A stretch of 61,871 nucleotides of DNA, taken from IMG/VR virus record IMGVR_UViG_3300042465_001631, positions 1 to 61,871 of that record; one strand, given 5' to 3'. This stretch comes from a virus (Duplodnaviria; Caudoviricetes). Of this stretch, positions 19,659-30,584 are shown in pieces. The position numbers and the translations under genes are program-made. The first letter of the stretch is position 1, and each line of letters starts with the position of its first letter. Under the pieces are notes generated by a model that saw nothing but the letters and a program-made list of their open reading frames with translations, was not told where the DNA came from and ran no database searches.

Positions 19659-20054
19659 CTATATTTTTTTTATATATTCAACAATGTTTTTAGAAGATGA
19701 TATATAATTACTATCTTCAAATAATTTCTTTAATGTCGGAGTTCCGCTTACTGTCATAATAAGATTATATCCTATACTCTTCATATACTGCTCTACATTA
19801 TAAAGCAAAAAGTTAAGAGCATTCTTTCTATATTTCTTCTTGGTATCTTTATTTCCAGTTATAAAACCAATCCAACACCAAGAAGAATCACTAACATAAA
19901 CTGGAACTGCATATAAATCAACTCCTTCTGCACTTACTACGAATATTCTCTCAGGAAGTGATGACTTACCTAGTACTGGAAAATTCCATTTAGTCCACCA
20001 ATCTACCAATGTTTCGTAGTACCTTTCCTTATTCTCTAATCTACACTCATGCAT
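19659..20054 (-). CDS. GNAT-like virion morphogenesis protein
   Basis: 131 aa alpha/beta ORF directly before ejection genes, a common podovirus arrangement. Confidence 0.45.
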   Translation of the reverse strand: MHECRLENKERYYETLVDWWTKWNFPVLGKSSLPERIFVVSAEGVDLYAVPVYVSDSSWCWIGFITGNKDTKKKYRKNALNFLLYNVEQYMKSIGYNLIMTVSGTPTLKKLFEDSNYISSSKNIVEYIKKI

Positions 20055-20058
20055 ACTG

Positions 20059-20072
20059 CAAAGATAGTAAAT
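20059..20072 (-). promoter_or_regulatory. Bacteroidota-type -7 promoter element ATTTACTATCTTTG
   Basis: TAnnTTTG 4 nt before ATG 20054. Confidence 0.6.
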
Positions 20073-20813
20073 TTAAGGGTAACTTTTGAACATGTTACTT
20101 CCAACAGAGAACATCTCTACTCTTGACGTGTTGTCATTTATAAGCTCAAACTGCATGTAATATCCACGAACACCGTATGACTCAGCAACTGAGTTTTGGA
20201 AGTAAAATATAAAGTCTGTAACCAATGGTATATTTCCACCAGTAGTGTCGATAGTTATAGTTGTATTTGTCTTCCCAGTTATCTCTCCTAATTTTAAAGG
20301 AGTACCAGCATTATTTTTATATGCGTAAGCACCTATAGTTATAATGCTTCCAAGTTTGTAACTAAACTCTACTATAACAGCTGTAGGATCAGTATCATCA
20401 ATAGATATAGGCTTACCTATTCCTTGAGTAGAACGTAAGTTCAAGTCTTGAGTATCTGATTCGCTTCTTATATACGCAAAATAATCTCCCTCCTTTAATT
20501 CAAAATATGAAGAGCTTATATATCCAGTTGACAAGTCAGTAAGTATGTTACAATCCCAACTATCATCACTATTTAGAGATAATGTATTAAAATTCTTAAC
20601 AGTAGACTGATCTGCGTTAAATACGCTAGTCATCTTAGACGGATAATCCTGATCATAGAAGCAATTTCTTCTTTCATTAGTATTGTGACGATATAAATTA
20701 CCACCTTTAAATGAATAAAAGTAAGAGTTCATACCAATCATCATATCTGGTATGTAAGAAAAGAATGAAGTCCATCCTTGAGCAGCTTCGCTATATGATA
20801 ATGTTTTTTCCAT
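20073..20813 (-). CDS. Tail hub/stabilization protein, C-terminal part
   Basis: TLSYSE..GWTSFFSY.P; abuts the upstream gene (TAA-ATG). Confidence 0.55.
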   Translation of the reverse strand: MEKTLSYSEAAQGWTSFFSYIPDMMIGMNSYFYSFKGGNLYRHNTNERRNCFYDQDYPSKMTSVFNADQSTVKNFNTLSLNSDDSWDCNILTDLSTGYISSSYFELKEGDYFAYIRSESDTQDLNLRSTQGIGKPISIDDTDPTAVIVEFSYKLGSIITIGAYAYKNNAGTPLKLGEITGKTNTTITIDTTGGNIPLVTDFIFYFQNSVAESYGVRGYYMQFELINDNTSRVEMFSVGSNMFKSYP

Positions 20814-23800
20814 TTAGTCTACTATTACTATTGAACAAATTATTGTATCTGTAACTACTCCAAAATCATCTATCTTATAAGCTGTTGCTAACGAAGTCCA
20901 ATGGAAAGTATTATCTCCATCAAACGTAGTAGTTAATGAAGGATCATTATACACTGTATCTCCAACCTGTATAGGCAGATACACTACATATAAAGAAAGT
21001 GGATATGGAGAATTTGGAATACTTGGGCTTCCACAAGGTAATGCTGGAGTACTATTACTGAATCTTACATTATAATACGCTGGAGGAGGCGGACATGAAG
21101 GACATATAGTATATGCTAATAGCATTCCGTCTAATTGTCTTCTGTAATATCCACCGATACTATAGTATCCATCTGGAGCTTTAGTAGTTAATAATGAATC
21201 AGTATATACCGATAATGCATCAGTAAATAATGGAGCATCAAGATAAAATATATTACCAGTAAAATCGCAACAAGAATCTAACGCAGAAAATGCATTATAG
21301 TTCAAGTATATCTCATGAGACTGAGTATAATCCCATATCATATATAAGTACTGTTTAAGGTCTGGATTATCATATACAAATGAAGACTCATATTTACCAC
21401 TAGAAGGATTTAATGTAGGAGTAGCCTCGGTAGATTCAAACAATAAAGTAGGAATATCTAGCTCTGTGTACAAAGTATCAGAAACTAAATACTTAAATGA
21501 ATTAACGCCCTCTTCAAATATAAATGTGTCATCAGTTAGTTTTGTTGAGTTTATAGATATTGTACTTCCAATAGCTGGAATAACTCCTACAGAGTTCATA
21601 GCTGTATTAGCATCATATAAAGATATTCCATCAGCTTCCATAGTAATGAAATCAGAATTATAAGCACTATTAAATGAACCTAAAGCCCAGTTATAGTTGT
21701 TATGTATGGTTTGATCAACACTTCCAGATGAATTTATTACCACTCTAACCACTGTTATCTCTTCAGATATAGGACAGTTTGGGGTTAATATATATGAAGA
21801 CTCTACCTCGCAATCAATAATAACTGTTGCTGTTAATGGAAATATAGAGTCTTTATTAAATGAAAGAGTTCCATTTGTATCAACTAATTCATTAATAACT
21901 TCTACGACATCATATATAACAGTTATATTTATCTCTCCTTGTGTTACAGAATAGTCAAAACTAACCTCTCCAACTATAGGATTAAGTTCTAATGTGAACT
22001 CATAACTACCTACAAATAATTGCTGTGATATTGTGGTGCCACAAGAGTAAATATCCTTAGTATAAGGTAATTTTATATCGTTCAATGACAGTACATACTC
22101 GTTCATATAAGGATCAAATCCACCAAGTTTTTGATAACCTAACGCATCTTTAAATTCATCTCTAAACCAGTTCTTTAATCCATAGTTTGAAGATATGTCA
22201 AGTTGTTCGCTTGATGCAGAACCTCCCTTTAAATTCAATACCGCAGTACGTTTAGCATCTGTAAAAAATACCTCACCTCCACGAACTGCAAAACTTTCTG
22301 GATTGTTACTAATACCATAATCTTCAATCCTAGCTATTTGTGTTCCAAGAACCTCTGGAATAGATGTGATAGCACCTCCAGCAGCAGCATCAGAAAGCAA
22401 ATTCTTACCAGCTAATACATAAGATATTTTATCTTCCTGTAAAACTAATATATCAGTCTTACGAGCATATAATTTATTGATTGGACCAAATGATTTTTCA
22501 CAATCTTTCCAGTTTGAAAGTGCAAGATTAAATTCATTAAGTTTATTTATATTTGTTTCAGCGTTATATACTCCACTATAGGTAAGACCAGCATATCTAT
22601 CTGCTTTTTTAAATTCCTCTTGAGATACAGCAGTAACCCTACTTCCCAAGTAAAAAGGAGATCCAACTATAGAGTCATTTATCTTATAACTCTCAACACC
22701 GTTACCAAAAGTAAAACAGTTAAAGAAGTTTAATTCAACTACTGCTGGAGTAGAGATTGTTTGATTGGCTACATTACCAGTATGAAATCCATCTATAATA
22801 GGGAAACTATCACTTCCTTCGTAATATATTTCCCCATCAGCATCTTGAGCCTCTGTCTCAAATATCATTAATGAAGTAGCTCTCTGTACCGTTATTTCAC
22901 AAGAAATCCTTGATTTAGGAACCTTTATAAAATTACCTCCAAAACCAATAAGTGGTAAAAAAACAGCATCGTTAGAACAGTTTGGGGTACCACTCTTACA
23001 TACTAAATATAATGAATCTGTAGTATCGTCTTTAAAAAATTTATATTGATTCGTATTAATTACTGTTGGTATAGACTGAGAAATAGTCCAGTCACCTAAT
23101 TCAGGATCAAATACATTTAGATTATCAGTAGCCCCAGTTTCTATCCCTGCAGTTAAGTCTATATTTTGTCTAGTAACAAAATCATACATATCAGTATAAT
23201 CACTAGATGCTATATAAGTGTTCTTTAGTAAATAATCTCTTGAAGAACATTCAACTCCAGAAAATCTATATACTCTTAAGTTAATATCTACGAGGCTACC
23301 AGCAGGTATTGTATATATCTTATTAGGTAAACTCCCTGGTTCATCTGGATACAATTCGTTAGGAATGTGACAAGGATACGCTATTTGAGTATAACTTCCA
23401 GCAGACGAAACATTTCCTACATCTATAAATGAGTCTGCTTGATATTCAGCTGCAAAATTAGAAGGTTTTAACTTCATGTATAACCCAGCTGGTTCAATTA
23501 TAGGATCTCCATTTTCGTTATTATTATTAATGATAAAATCTCTTGGCTTGGACTCTAATGCCAACACTTTAGTCTTTATCAATTCATTTATTATACCGCT
23601 TGTATCTGCCTTTACTATTAAGTTCTGATTGTCTTGGACCTTACTTCTATTGTCTCCATCTAATTTAAACCAAGTATATCCAGTATCTTCAATAAAGAAT
23701 GAGTTTGAATATATGGTTTGATATAATGACTTAGAAGGCTTTACTACAAATTTATATCTAGTAGCCCAATCTGGGGGGTAATTATTTATAGTTGCCTTTA

Positions 23801-25589
23801 TAGAACTTTTTTTATCTGAATTGTTAGCTGGTACAAAAATAGTATTTTCAGTATTTACCAGTGCGGTAGAACTCCTATTATATTCGTCCATATAAACAAT
23901 AGCAACCTCGTAATCTCTATTACTATGTAAACTTCTTTTTGCTCCAGCAAGAGTAAATATAGATTGAGTATTAGAGTTTAAAAAATACTCGTATGCAAAT
24001 AAAAATGTTCCAGGATTGTCTGGATCCTCTATAGTAAATTCAACTGCTGGAACCTGTATGCTTAATATACTTGCGGTAGATGTTATTTTAAAACCTCCAT
24101 CAGCATTTATTATACCACTACCTACCTCAGTCCATCCTGACTTAGCCACTATTCCACAGTTGAATCTATCTGTTATGGAGTTACCACCACAACTAGATGA
24201 ATATATATCATGAGTATATATAGCATCAATAAATTCTTGACTTGTAGCTAAATCATTAACGTTAATATAATCTCTTTGAAAACTATAAACAAATTCAGTT
24301 GAAAAATTATTTAATGGCGGAGTTGTATCAGTATAAAGAGCATTTCCTCCAAAAGATGAATGAACTACATTAAAAGATATAGTCATAAAAGAACCATTAG
24401 ATAAATCTACCCCAGTTAAATCTATGTCAATCTTAGAATTTTCTACAGTTGTAGTATCTAACGTATCTATAGTATAATCAATACCGTCTGAATATCCAAT
24501 TGGATTAACTCTATACGCTATGTCTTCAGTAATTAATTCTAAAGAATAATCTAACTGCTCATTAATATCGTATCCATCTACATAATTTCCATATACAAGT
24601 CTATTTCCCATAACTGTCTGTGATTTAGCAGTTCTAGGAACATTGTCATATAGTCTAAGCAATTCGCTTTCAGTAAGGGTGGTGTATATCTTTCTATTAT
24701 TAAATAATATGCTCTGAGTCTCGTTATCCATCCATCCTTGATCGGATTTCCTATAACGTTCAATTACGTTTATAATATTAGAGTCAGATAATTTAAAACA
24801 CAAGTCAATACCAGTCACATTACTACTGCCCGTATCAAAAGAGATATTTACAGAATTAAATATATTACGCATTGATTTATTATCAAATGTAGCGTAATCT
24901 AATTGAAAATTTCCTGGTTCAAATGCTATTTCGCTAAATTGAGATAAGGCACTATATTCATTATCTTTATATTTATATCTGTATGCAAAAGATATGAATT
25001 TATCAGTCATATAATTCTCATCTCCAGATATATTTGAAAGAGTTAGTGTAGGTGCTTCTGTTGGAGGAGCTACAATAACTGAAACATCATCATTTGTTAT
25101 AAAATCAATTCCAGCAACTGGATTAGGATAGTTCCTGTTTACATTTATTTTTCTTGGAGGGTTTAAATTATCTGTCCAGAATAATAAGTCATCAACCTTA
25201 TTTATGCCAGTTATAAGGTTTTCTTGACTAAAATTCAATACAGACGTAGATATAACGTGATATTTTATAACTCCATTGTTTGTATTGTACGATAATATTA
25301 AATCTACATTGCTTGGATCACATACAAACCAATAAATAGTCTCTTTAGTACCGTCTTCAAATACACCTATACATCTAGCAGTATCTGGGTCTATAAAATC
25401 TATACTCGTAAGTTGAGTATTTCCTTTTGAATTTTCAACAGCTCCAACACTATTAGATTCACTAGAACCTATTCTAATATTTAATGCATCGATATATTGA
25501 CCAGGAGGTATTACTCTCTCGTCAAAATCCTTATTCATTTTACCCTGAATAAAATTTACTTCTATGCCTCCGTTAGATTGGTTTGCCAT
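20814..25589 (-). CDS. Tail hub/stabilization (nozzle-like) protein
   Basis: GKMNKDFDER..P.GQY.DALN N-terminus; LLFWTDNLNPPRKIN; YGISNNPESF. Confidence 0.7.
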   Translation of the reverse strand: MANQSNGGIEVNFIQGKMNKDFDERVIPPGQYIDALNIRIGSSESNSVGAVENSKGNTQLTSIDFIDPDTARCIGVFEDGTKETIYWFVCDPSNVDLILSYNTNNGVIKYHVISTSVLNFSQENLITGINKVDDLLFWTDNLNPPRKINVNRNYPNPVAGIDFITNDDVSVIVAPPTEAPTLTLSNISGDENYMTDKFISFAYRYKYKDNEYSALSQFSEIAFEPGNFQLDYATFDNKSMRNIFNSVNISFDTGSSNVTGIDLCFKLSDSNIINVIERYRKSDQGWMDNETQSILFNNRKIYTTLTESELLRLYDNVPRTAKSQTVMGNRLVYGNYVDGYDINEQLDYSLELITEDIAYRVNPIGYSDGIDYTIDTLDTTTVENSKIDIDLTGVDLSNGSFMTISFNVVHSSFGGNALYTDTTPPLNNFSTEFVYSFQRDYINVNDLATSQEFIDAIYTHDIYSSSCGGNSITDRFNCGIVAKSGWTEVGSGIINADGGFKITSTASILSIQVPAVEFTIEDPDNPGTFLFAYEYFLNSNTQSIFTLAGAKRSLHSNRDYEVAIVYMDEYNRSSTALVNTENTIFVPANNSDKKSSIKATINNYPPDWATRYKFVVKPSKSLYQTIYSNSFFIEDTGYTWFKLDGDNRSKVQDNQNLIVKADTSGIINELIKTKVLALESKPRDFIINNNNENGDPIIEPAGLYMKLKPSNFAAEYQADSFIDVGNVSSAGSYTQIAYPCHIPNELYPDEPGSLPNKIYTIPAGSLVDINLRVYRFSGVECSSRDYLLKNTYIASSDYTDMYDFVTRQNIDLTAGIETGATDNLNVFDPELGDWTISQSIPTVINTNQYKFFKDDTTDSLYLVCKSGTPNCSNDAVFLPLIGFGGNFIKVPKSRISCEITVQRATSLMIFETEAQDADGEIYYEGSDSFPIIDGFHTGNVANQTISTPAVVELNFFNCFTFGNGVESYKINDSIVGSPFYLGSRVTAVSQEEFKKADRYAGLTYSGVYNAETNINKLNEFNLALSNWKDCEKSFGPINKLYARKTDILVLQEDKISYVLAGKNLLSDAAAGGAITSIPEVLGTQIARIEDYGISNNPESFAVRGGEVFFTDAKRTAVLNLKGGSASSEQLDISSNYGLKNWFRDEFKDALGYQKLGGFDPYMNEYVLSLNDIKLPYTKDIYSCGTTISQQLFVGSYEFTLELNPIVGEVSFDYSVTQGEINITVIYDVVEVINELVDTNGTLSFNKDSIFPLTATVIIDCEVESSYILTPNCPISEEITVVRVVINSSGSVDQTIHNNYNWALGSFNSAYNSDFITMEADGISLYDANTAMNSVGVIPAIGSTISINSTKLTDDTFIFEEGVNSFKYLVSDTLYTELDIPTLLFESTEATPTLNPSSGKYESSFVYDNPDLKQYLYMIWDYTQSHEIYLNYNAFSALDSCCDFTGNIFYLDAPLFTDALSVYTDSLLTTKAPDGYYSIGGYYRRQLDGMLLAYTICPSCPPPPAYYNVRFSNSTPALPCGSPSIPNSPYPLSLYVVYLPIQVGDTVYNDPSLTTTFDGDNTFHWTSLATAYKIDDFGVVTDTIICSIVIVD

Positions 25590-25590
25590 G

Positions 25591-26508
25591 CTATTTTATC
25601 CATTTGTTTTGACCTCTAAGATTCATCAATAATCTTCCAGGGTGCATATTACTCAATCTTATCTTTGCGTTCCTTAAATTAGCTGTTTTATCCTTCTTAG
25701 CTCGTTGTACTACGTATTCTTGAACTCCAAATTTATTATTTAATAGTGCGTACTTAATATACGAATATAAAAACTCTTCTGCAAGTTTATTTATAGTAAC
25801 CTCAGAGTCATCTCCACCCTCCATTCCATCAGAAATATACTCTAAAATACATAACTCACCAGACATTCCAGAGCTAAAGTTAATAACTCCAGACTGTTTA
25901 TCTATTCTATATGTCGGATTTGAGTTTGCGGTCTCTGTATTTAGACCATATCTTGATCCTACATTATAGTCAAAGTACCACCTTCCATCAATGTTATATC
26001 CCTCTCTACCAGAGAACTTTCCTTCTCCAAGGTAGATAGTTTTAATGTTATCATGGATTCTGTCGTAGTCTAGTATTGACGTACCTTCTAAAACATCCCC
26101 ATCCTGGTCAAATAATACTCTACAGTTATTATCTTGTAAATAACTGTTACTATAATTTGCTTGTATATTTTCAGAAAGCGGTCTAAGTATACCATCTTTA
26201 TATAGGGAAATTCTAACGTAGTTTACATAATTATTAGGAAGTATGAATTTTAAATCATCACAAATACTTATCTCAAGTATCTTTATTTCCTTTAAGGCAT
26301 CATAATTTACCTCCTGTATTCCTCTCTTGGCGTGAAATAATACGTTATATTTTGAGACGTTATTAAGTAGCTTATCATTTCCAACGTACATCAGCATAAA
26401 GTTATTGACCACGTCTGATAATGAAACGTATTGATATGAACCCCAGTTTTCACCCTCGGGATTTAAACCTGCATTCTCATAGTATTGATAACCAGTTAAA
26501 TATGCCAT
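25591..26508 (-). CDS. Virion ring/adaptor structural protein
   Basis: Position between capsid and tail hub genes. Confidence 0.55.
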   Translation of the reverse strand: MAYLTGYQYYENAGLNPEGENWGSYQYVSLSDVVNNFMLMYVGNDKLLNNVSKYNVLFHAKRGIQEVNYDALKEIKILEISICDDLKFILPNNYVNYVRISLYKDGILRPLSENIQANYSNSYLQDNNCRVLFDQDGDVLEGTSILDYDRIHDNIKTIYLGEGKFSGREGYNIDGRWYFDYNVGSRYGLNTETANSNPTYRIDKQSGVINFSSGMSGELCILEYISDGMEGGDDSEVTINKLAEEFLYSYIKYALLNNKFGVQEYVVQRAKKDKTANLRNAKIRLSNMHPGRLLMNLRGQNKWIK

Positions 26509-26509
26509 A

Positions 26510-27208
26510 TTATCCTTCTATTTGTTTATTAGCAGTTTCTTGAGATGTTCCAAATGCATACACATCAGCCTCTCTAATAGAGATTCCAGCGTATTGTAAT
26601 ATCTTAGAAACCAATGATACTTCATCGAATCCTGGTATCTCAAAGTCTTGGTAGTCACTAGCTGATTGGTCAAATAATGGAGTACCTCCAACTAGAGTAG
26701 TATATGTCCACTTAGGATCTTTAGGTAATCTTATGTACTGAGCATTAACTAAGGTGGTAACTGTATCTGGGTAAACCAAGATAGAAGTACTTTCCATTGA
26801 GTATACTGGAAATAATATAGACGGACTTGTAAGATTTGATGATAATAAGTACATCAACTTATCTTGAGTAACTCTATCTATTTCCTTGGTATTATTATAT
26901 CTAATACTATTCAAGAAAAAATAATCTTCTGGCAGTTCAAAAGTTCCAGAAGGAATATCATAAGCTAATGCAACAGTAGATGAGAACTTGTCCATAGTTT
27001 CTTCAAGATGCTTTACTACATCAGAGTACCCGCTACCAGAAGCTCTTGCATTCTGTTTTACTATCCAATTATTATATTGGTAAAAGTAATTCTCAAATAT
27101 ATCTAACTGTGCTTGCTTGGCGTATAAGTTGAAATCATCAGGTGTAATGTACCCAAAGTTATTCTTATTAGCTACCGATAATACAGTATTCCTAACCGAA
27201 TTTATCAT
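26510..27208 (-). CDS. Head-tail adaptor/tail tubular protein
   Basis: NKNNFGYITPDDFNLYA..AQ; YIRLPKDPKW; position. Confidence 0.6.
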   Translation of the reverse strand: MINSVRNTVLSVANKNNFGYITPDDFNLYAKQAQLDIFENYFYQYNNWIVKQNARASGSGYSDVVKHLEETMDKFSSTVALAYDIPSGTFELPEDYFFLNSIRYNNTKEIDRVTQDKLMYLLSSNLTSPSILFPVYSMESTSILVYPDTVTTLVNAQYIRLPKDPKWTYTTLVGGTPLFDQSASDYQDFEIPGFDEVSLVSKILQYAGISIREADVYAFGTSQETANKQIEG

Positions 27209-27223
27209 TTATAAAACTTTTTA

Positions 27224-27231
27224 CAAAGATA
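27224..27231 (-). promoter_or_regulatory. -7 promoter element TATCTTTG
   Basis: TAnnTTTG 15 nt before ATG 27208. Confidence 0.55.
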
Positions 27232-27233
27232 CT

Positions 27234-27264
27234 AAAAAAAAACACCCTATTTTTTAGGGTGCTT
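27234..27264 (-). terminator. Intrinsic terminator
   Basis: CACCCTA/TAGGGTG stem followed by U-tract on the - strand. Confidence 0.7.
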
Positions 27265-27271
27265 TATTAAT

Positions 27272-28012
27272 TTACTTAACGTGATTCTCTAATAGTCGTA
27301 AGACCTCGATTCCTTCATCGGTCTGAAGATATGATGCTAAGATATATACTGTTTCCTCTCCAAATGGAACGGTTAGTAATTTCTTTTTATTGGAAGGTAA
27401 GTTATAATAAATATCTCTTCCTTTATTTTTTAATCTCAACAAGTCATACTCAAAGAACTTTGCGCAAGTATTTTGAAGTTGAAGCATTGGATCGTTTAAC
27501 ATCTCCAAGAATTGTCGTGGATTATTTCTTGAATATACAAATACATCACGTTTCAATTCAGCAGTAGACATCTTTTCAACCTTAGAGCCAAGTAGTACAC
27601 GAGCAACAGCCTCAAGCAAGTCGATACTTAAATCTCTTGCCGCAATCTGTGCGTCTAATTCACTTGATAATTTTTCAACGTCTGACGTTGCATCTTTCTC
27701 TGTATTAACCTCTTCATAAATAGATCCATTAGCTGGATGAATTTCTAAGAAGTATTGTAAAACTGGGTTATTTCCTGGAACGCTTAAAGCTCCATCCACA
27801 AAGATAATAGGTTCTAAAATAGCATTTCCATCCTGTTCGTCCTCAAAAGGACTTTTTTGATTTCTTGCATATCTTAATGCTCTTTGTGAAGTACCATCGA
27901 AGTGCAATAATGCAGCTCTATGCGTATTTCTTGATGCCAACATATAAGTAAGTGGCGTATTCTTTTTCTTTAAAACGTAGATTTTGTCTGTTAAGACTGT
28001 TTGATTTTTCAT
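27272..28012 (-). CDS. Conserved capsid-adjacent protein
   Basis: RALRYARNQKSPFEDEQ; directly downstream of MCP. Confidence 0.6.
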   Translation of the reverse strand: MKNQTVLTDKIYVLKKKNTPLTYMLASRNTHRAALLHFDGTSQRALRYARNQKSPFEDEQDGNAILEPIIFVDGALSVPGNNPVLQYFLEIHPANGSIYEEVNTEKDATSDVEKLSSELDAQIAARDLSIDLLEAVARVLLGSKVEKMSTAELKRDVFVYSRNNPRQFLEMLNDPMLQLQNTCAKFFEYDLLRLKNKGRDIYYNLPSNKKKLLTVPFGEETVYILASYLQTDEGIEVLRLLENHVK

Positions 28013-28031
28013 TTGATAAGATTTAAAATTT

Positions 28032-28064
28032 AAAAAAAATAACAGGGGATTTTACTCCCCTGTT
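28032..28064 (-). terminator. Intrinsic terminator after major capsid gene
   Basis: TAACAGGGGA-tttt-ACTCCCCTGTTA with U-tract on the - strand. Confidence 0.75.
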
Positions 28065-28076
28065 AAGTATTATTGA

Positions 28077-29471
28077 TTATGCTTCAAAGATGAAGAAGTT
28101 ATTTGCACCTAAAGTACATAAAGCTCTTTCAGATAAGAAGTGAACTTCCATAGCATCTAAGCTAGAAGTAGAAGCTCCACCAGCAGAACCAGTGATCCAT
28201 GTTTTGTAACGTCTGTCTTCAGTTTCAGAAGCTCTGTAACGTACGTGTAAGAATGGACGTTTAGCGTTTTTACCAAGAACTTGGTCGTAAACTGTAGTAG
28301 AACCAGCAGGTACTAATACTCCATTAACAGATCCACCTACAATACCACCTCTTAATGTAGCATCGTTTAAGTATTTCCAGTCAGTTTTGTAGAAGTCATA
28401 ACCTCTACGGAAACCTGTAAATCCTAAATTCAATGACATCTCTCTATCGTTGTCAAACAAACCGTAAGAAACTCCACCAGCAGCATTAGAAGATTGTGCT
28501 CCCAACATATCGTCAACATCAAAAGAGAACTGACGGTTCAAGAACAATACGTTCTCTTCGATAGCTCCTTGTTTGTCAAGTCTTTGGATAATAGCATCAA
28601 AATCAGCTAAAGCAGTTGGATTTCCACCACCCCAAACATTTCCTCTATCATTGATAGAATAGAATAAACCTTCAGAACCTTTATTTCCGTAAACGCTTTG
28701 AGCAGCAGCTCCAGAACCAGCTTCAGCAGGAACAGCTTCAATCATACTCATTTCTAAGTAGTCATCAAAACGCAAACGAGTTTCGTGCTCTGATTTAATG
28801 TACCATAAGTAACCAGTAGCTCCATTCTCAGTAGTTACTTCTACCCATCCGATTTGTGCCATATCTGAACCAGATACTGCATATTTATCTTTGATGATGA
28901 TTGGGCTATTCTCGAAGATGTCATCAACTGACTCAAGAGACTCTTCCATTCCTTCAGTTCCTTTTCTAAACTCAGAACCGTAAACGAATGCAGTAATTGT
29001 AGCAGTACTTCCAAACATTTGACCAGTCCCAGCGTAGTAGGCTACATCAAACGTACCTAATGTGTAATCTACATCAGTAATGATAGCCTTGTTTGAGTTA
29101 GCAGCAGTTTGGTTAGATGATAAGAAAACTGTTTGACCTTTTCTAAAAGAAATTCCTCCAGATATAGTATCATTCACTGTAATAGTAGCTGTATCAGCAC
29201 CAACAGTAACGTCAGTAGAACAGTCTACATATTTAGTGTGTAAACGACCTTGTTCTGCCCATTTGATAAGGTCAGAGTTAGATGGCATCTCAGCTCCAAC
29301 TGCTCTTAAGAAAGATGCAACTGAGCGATTTCCGTAACGTTCAAATTCTTTCTCATAAGTATCAGGAAGATACTGGTTCAAGAAGTTGAAATCCGTGATG
29401 TAATTTGTAGAAAGAGTTTTTCTTTCTGACGAAGGGGTTAATGCAAACCCAGGCGTTGGTAATACTGACAT
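28077..29471 (-). CDS. Major capsid protein
   Basis: 464 aa after scaffold, biased high-expression codon usage, QYLPDTYEKEFERYGNR, followed by terminator. Confidence 0.8.
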   Translation of the reverse strand: MSVLPTPGFALTPSSERKTLSTNYITDFNFLNQYLPDTYEKEFERYGNRSVASFLRAVGAEMPSNSDLIKWAEQGRLHTKYVDCSTDVTVGADTATITVNDTISGGISFRKGQTVFLSSNQTAANSNKAIITDVDYTLGTFDVAYYAGTGQMFGSTATITAFVYGSEFRKGTEGMEESLESVDDIFENSPIIIKDKYAVSGSDMAQIGWVEVTTENGATGYLWYIKSEHETRLRFDDYLEMSMIEAVPAEAGSGAAAQSVYGNKGSEGLFYSINDRGNVWGGGNPTALADFDAIIQRLDKQGAIEENVLFLNRQFSFDVDDMLGAQSSNAAGGVSYGLFDNDREMSLNLGFTGFRRGYDFYKTDWKYLNDATLRGGIVGGSVNGVLVPAGSTTVYDQVLGKNAKRPFLHVRYRASETEDRRYKTWITGSAGGASTSSLDAMEVHFLSERALCTLGANNFFIFEA

Positions 29472-29482
29472 AGTCTTGTTTT

Positions 29483-30568
29483 TTATTGTTTATAACTTCT
29501 AATTTTTAGTCCTCTACCACTATCGCTATCCGAAGCTGTTACTTTAAATCCTGACTGATTTGTAGATTGTGGTACACTACGTGTTTCCATATCTATGTTC
29601 TTAATTTTTCTTGTGCTATCTAATAGCGCATCAGTTTTGCCTTGCTCATAAAAGAACTTAGCCATTTTTTCAGGATTCATAGCTGCTGCTAATGAACGGT
29701 GATAACCTTTAGCATCTGATATTAGTCCATTTGCATCTAAATGTTTAGATATAAAATTTGTAACATCTGATTGAGCTTTCTTTAATTCTAAAGTATCTCC
29801 AGGTAAAAACGTTATACTCTTGTCTCCAACATTGAACTCAAAACCTTTGAACTCGTTAGAAAAAATTTCTTCAGTCTTCTTTTGAAAATATTCAGATTTC
29901 CTAGAACTCTCTTGCTGATAGGTCTGTGATTCTTGAACATATTTCTTGTAGGCTTCGTAACCTTCCTTTTCTTCATTTGAAACAGAGCTTCCAGCCGACT
30001 CGACAGGCACTCTATACGCTTCTTTTGAATCATCAAAAAATTTCTTTGCCTTAGCAAGTTCTTTTTTCTTAGCAATTTCCTTCTTCTTAATGTCTTTTGG
30101 CTCATCAAGATCCTCGTCATAAGCAAATTTATCCTCGATCATATATTCAATATCATCTTTATCTAAATCTTCTTCTGTATGAGAGTAGTACTCTGCTAAT
30201 AATTGTTCTGGACTTAAGTCATCATAGTTTCTGCTTAACTTAGCAAAATCTTCGATGCCTCTTCCAGTTTCTTTTTTGTACTTGAAGTATGCAGATACAT
30301 CGCCAGGCAATTCTTCTGCTTCTTCTCTTTTTTGAAGTAACTCATCAATTGAGCTAACCTCTTTATTGTATCTATTCTTAATATATGAAAGAACGTCTGA
30401 GTCTCCATATTCTGGAGTAACTACTTCTTCTGTAGTAACTATTCCTTCAGGAACTACCTCATTATGCTGTTGTAAACTTTCTTCGTGCTTATCTAAAAGC
30501 GTTTGTTCAACCTCTTGGATAGACTTCTGCTCAACAGATCCTACCTCTTTTACTGTAAAATTTTCCAT
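29483..30568 (-). CDS. Capsid scaffolding protein
   Basis: Acidic coiled-coil ORF between portal and MCP. Confidence 0.7.
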   Translation of the reverse strand: MENFTVKEVGSVEQKSIQEVEQTLLDKHEESLQQHNEVVPEGIVTTEEVVTPEYGDSDVLSYIKNRYNKEVSSIDELLQKREEAEELPGDVSAYFKYKKETGRGIEDFAKLSRNYDDLSPEQLLAEYYSHTEEDLDKDDIEYMIEDKFAYDEDLDEPKDIKKKEIAKKKELAKAKKFFDDSKEAYRVPVESAGSSVSNEEKEGYEAYKKYVQESQTYQQESSRKSEYFQKKTEEIFSNEFKGFEFNVGDKSITFLPGDTLELKKAQSDVTNFISKHLDANGLISDAKGYHRSLAAAMNPEKMAKFFYEQGKTDALLDSTRKIKNIDMETRSVPQSTNQSGFKVTASDSDSGRGLKIRSYKQ

Positions 30569-30584
30569 TTGATTTAATTTTTTG

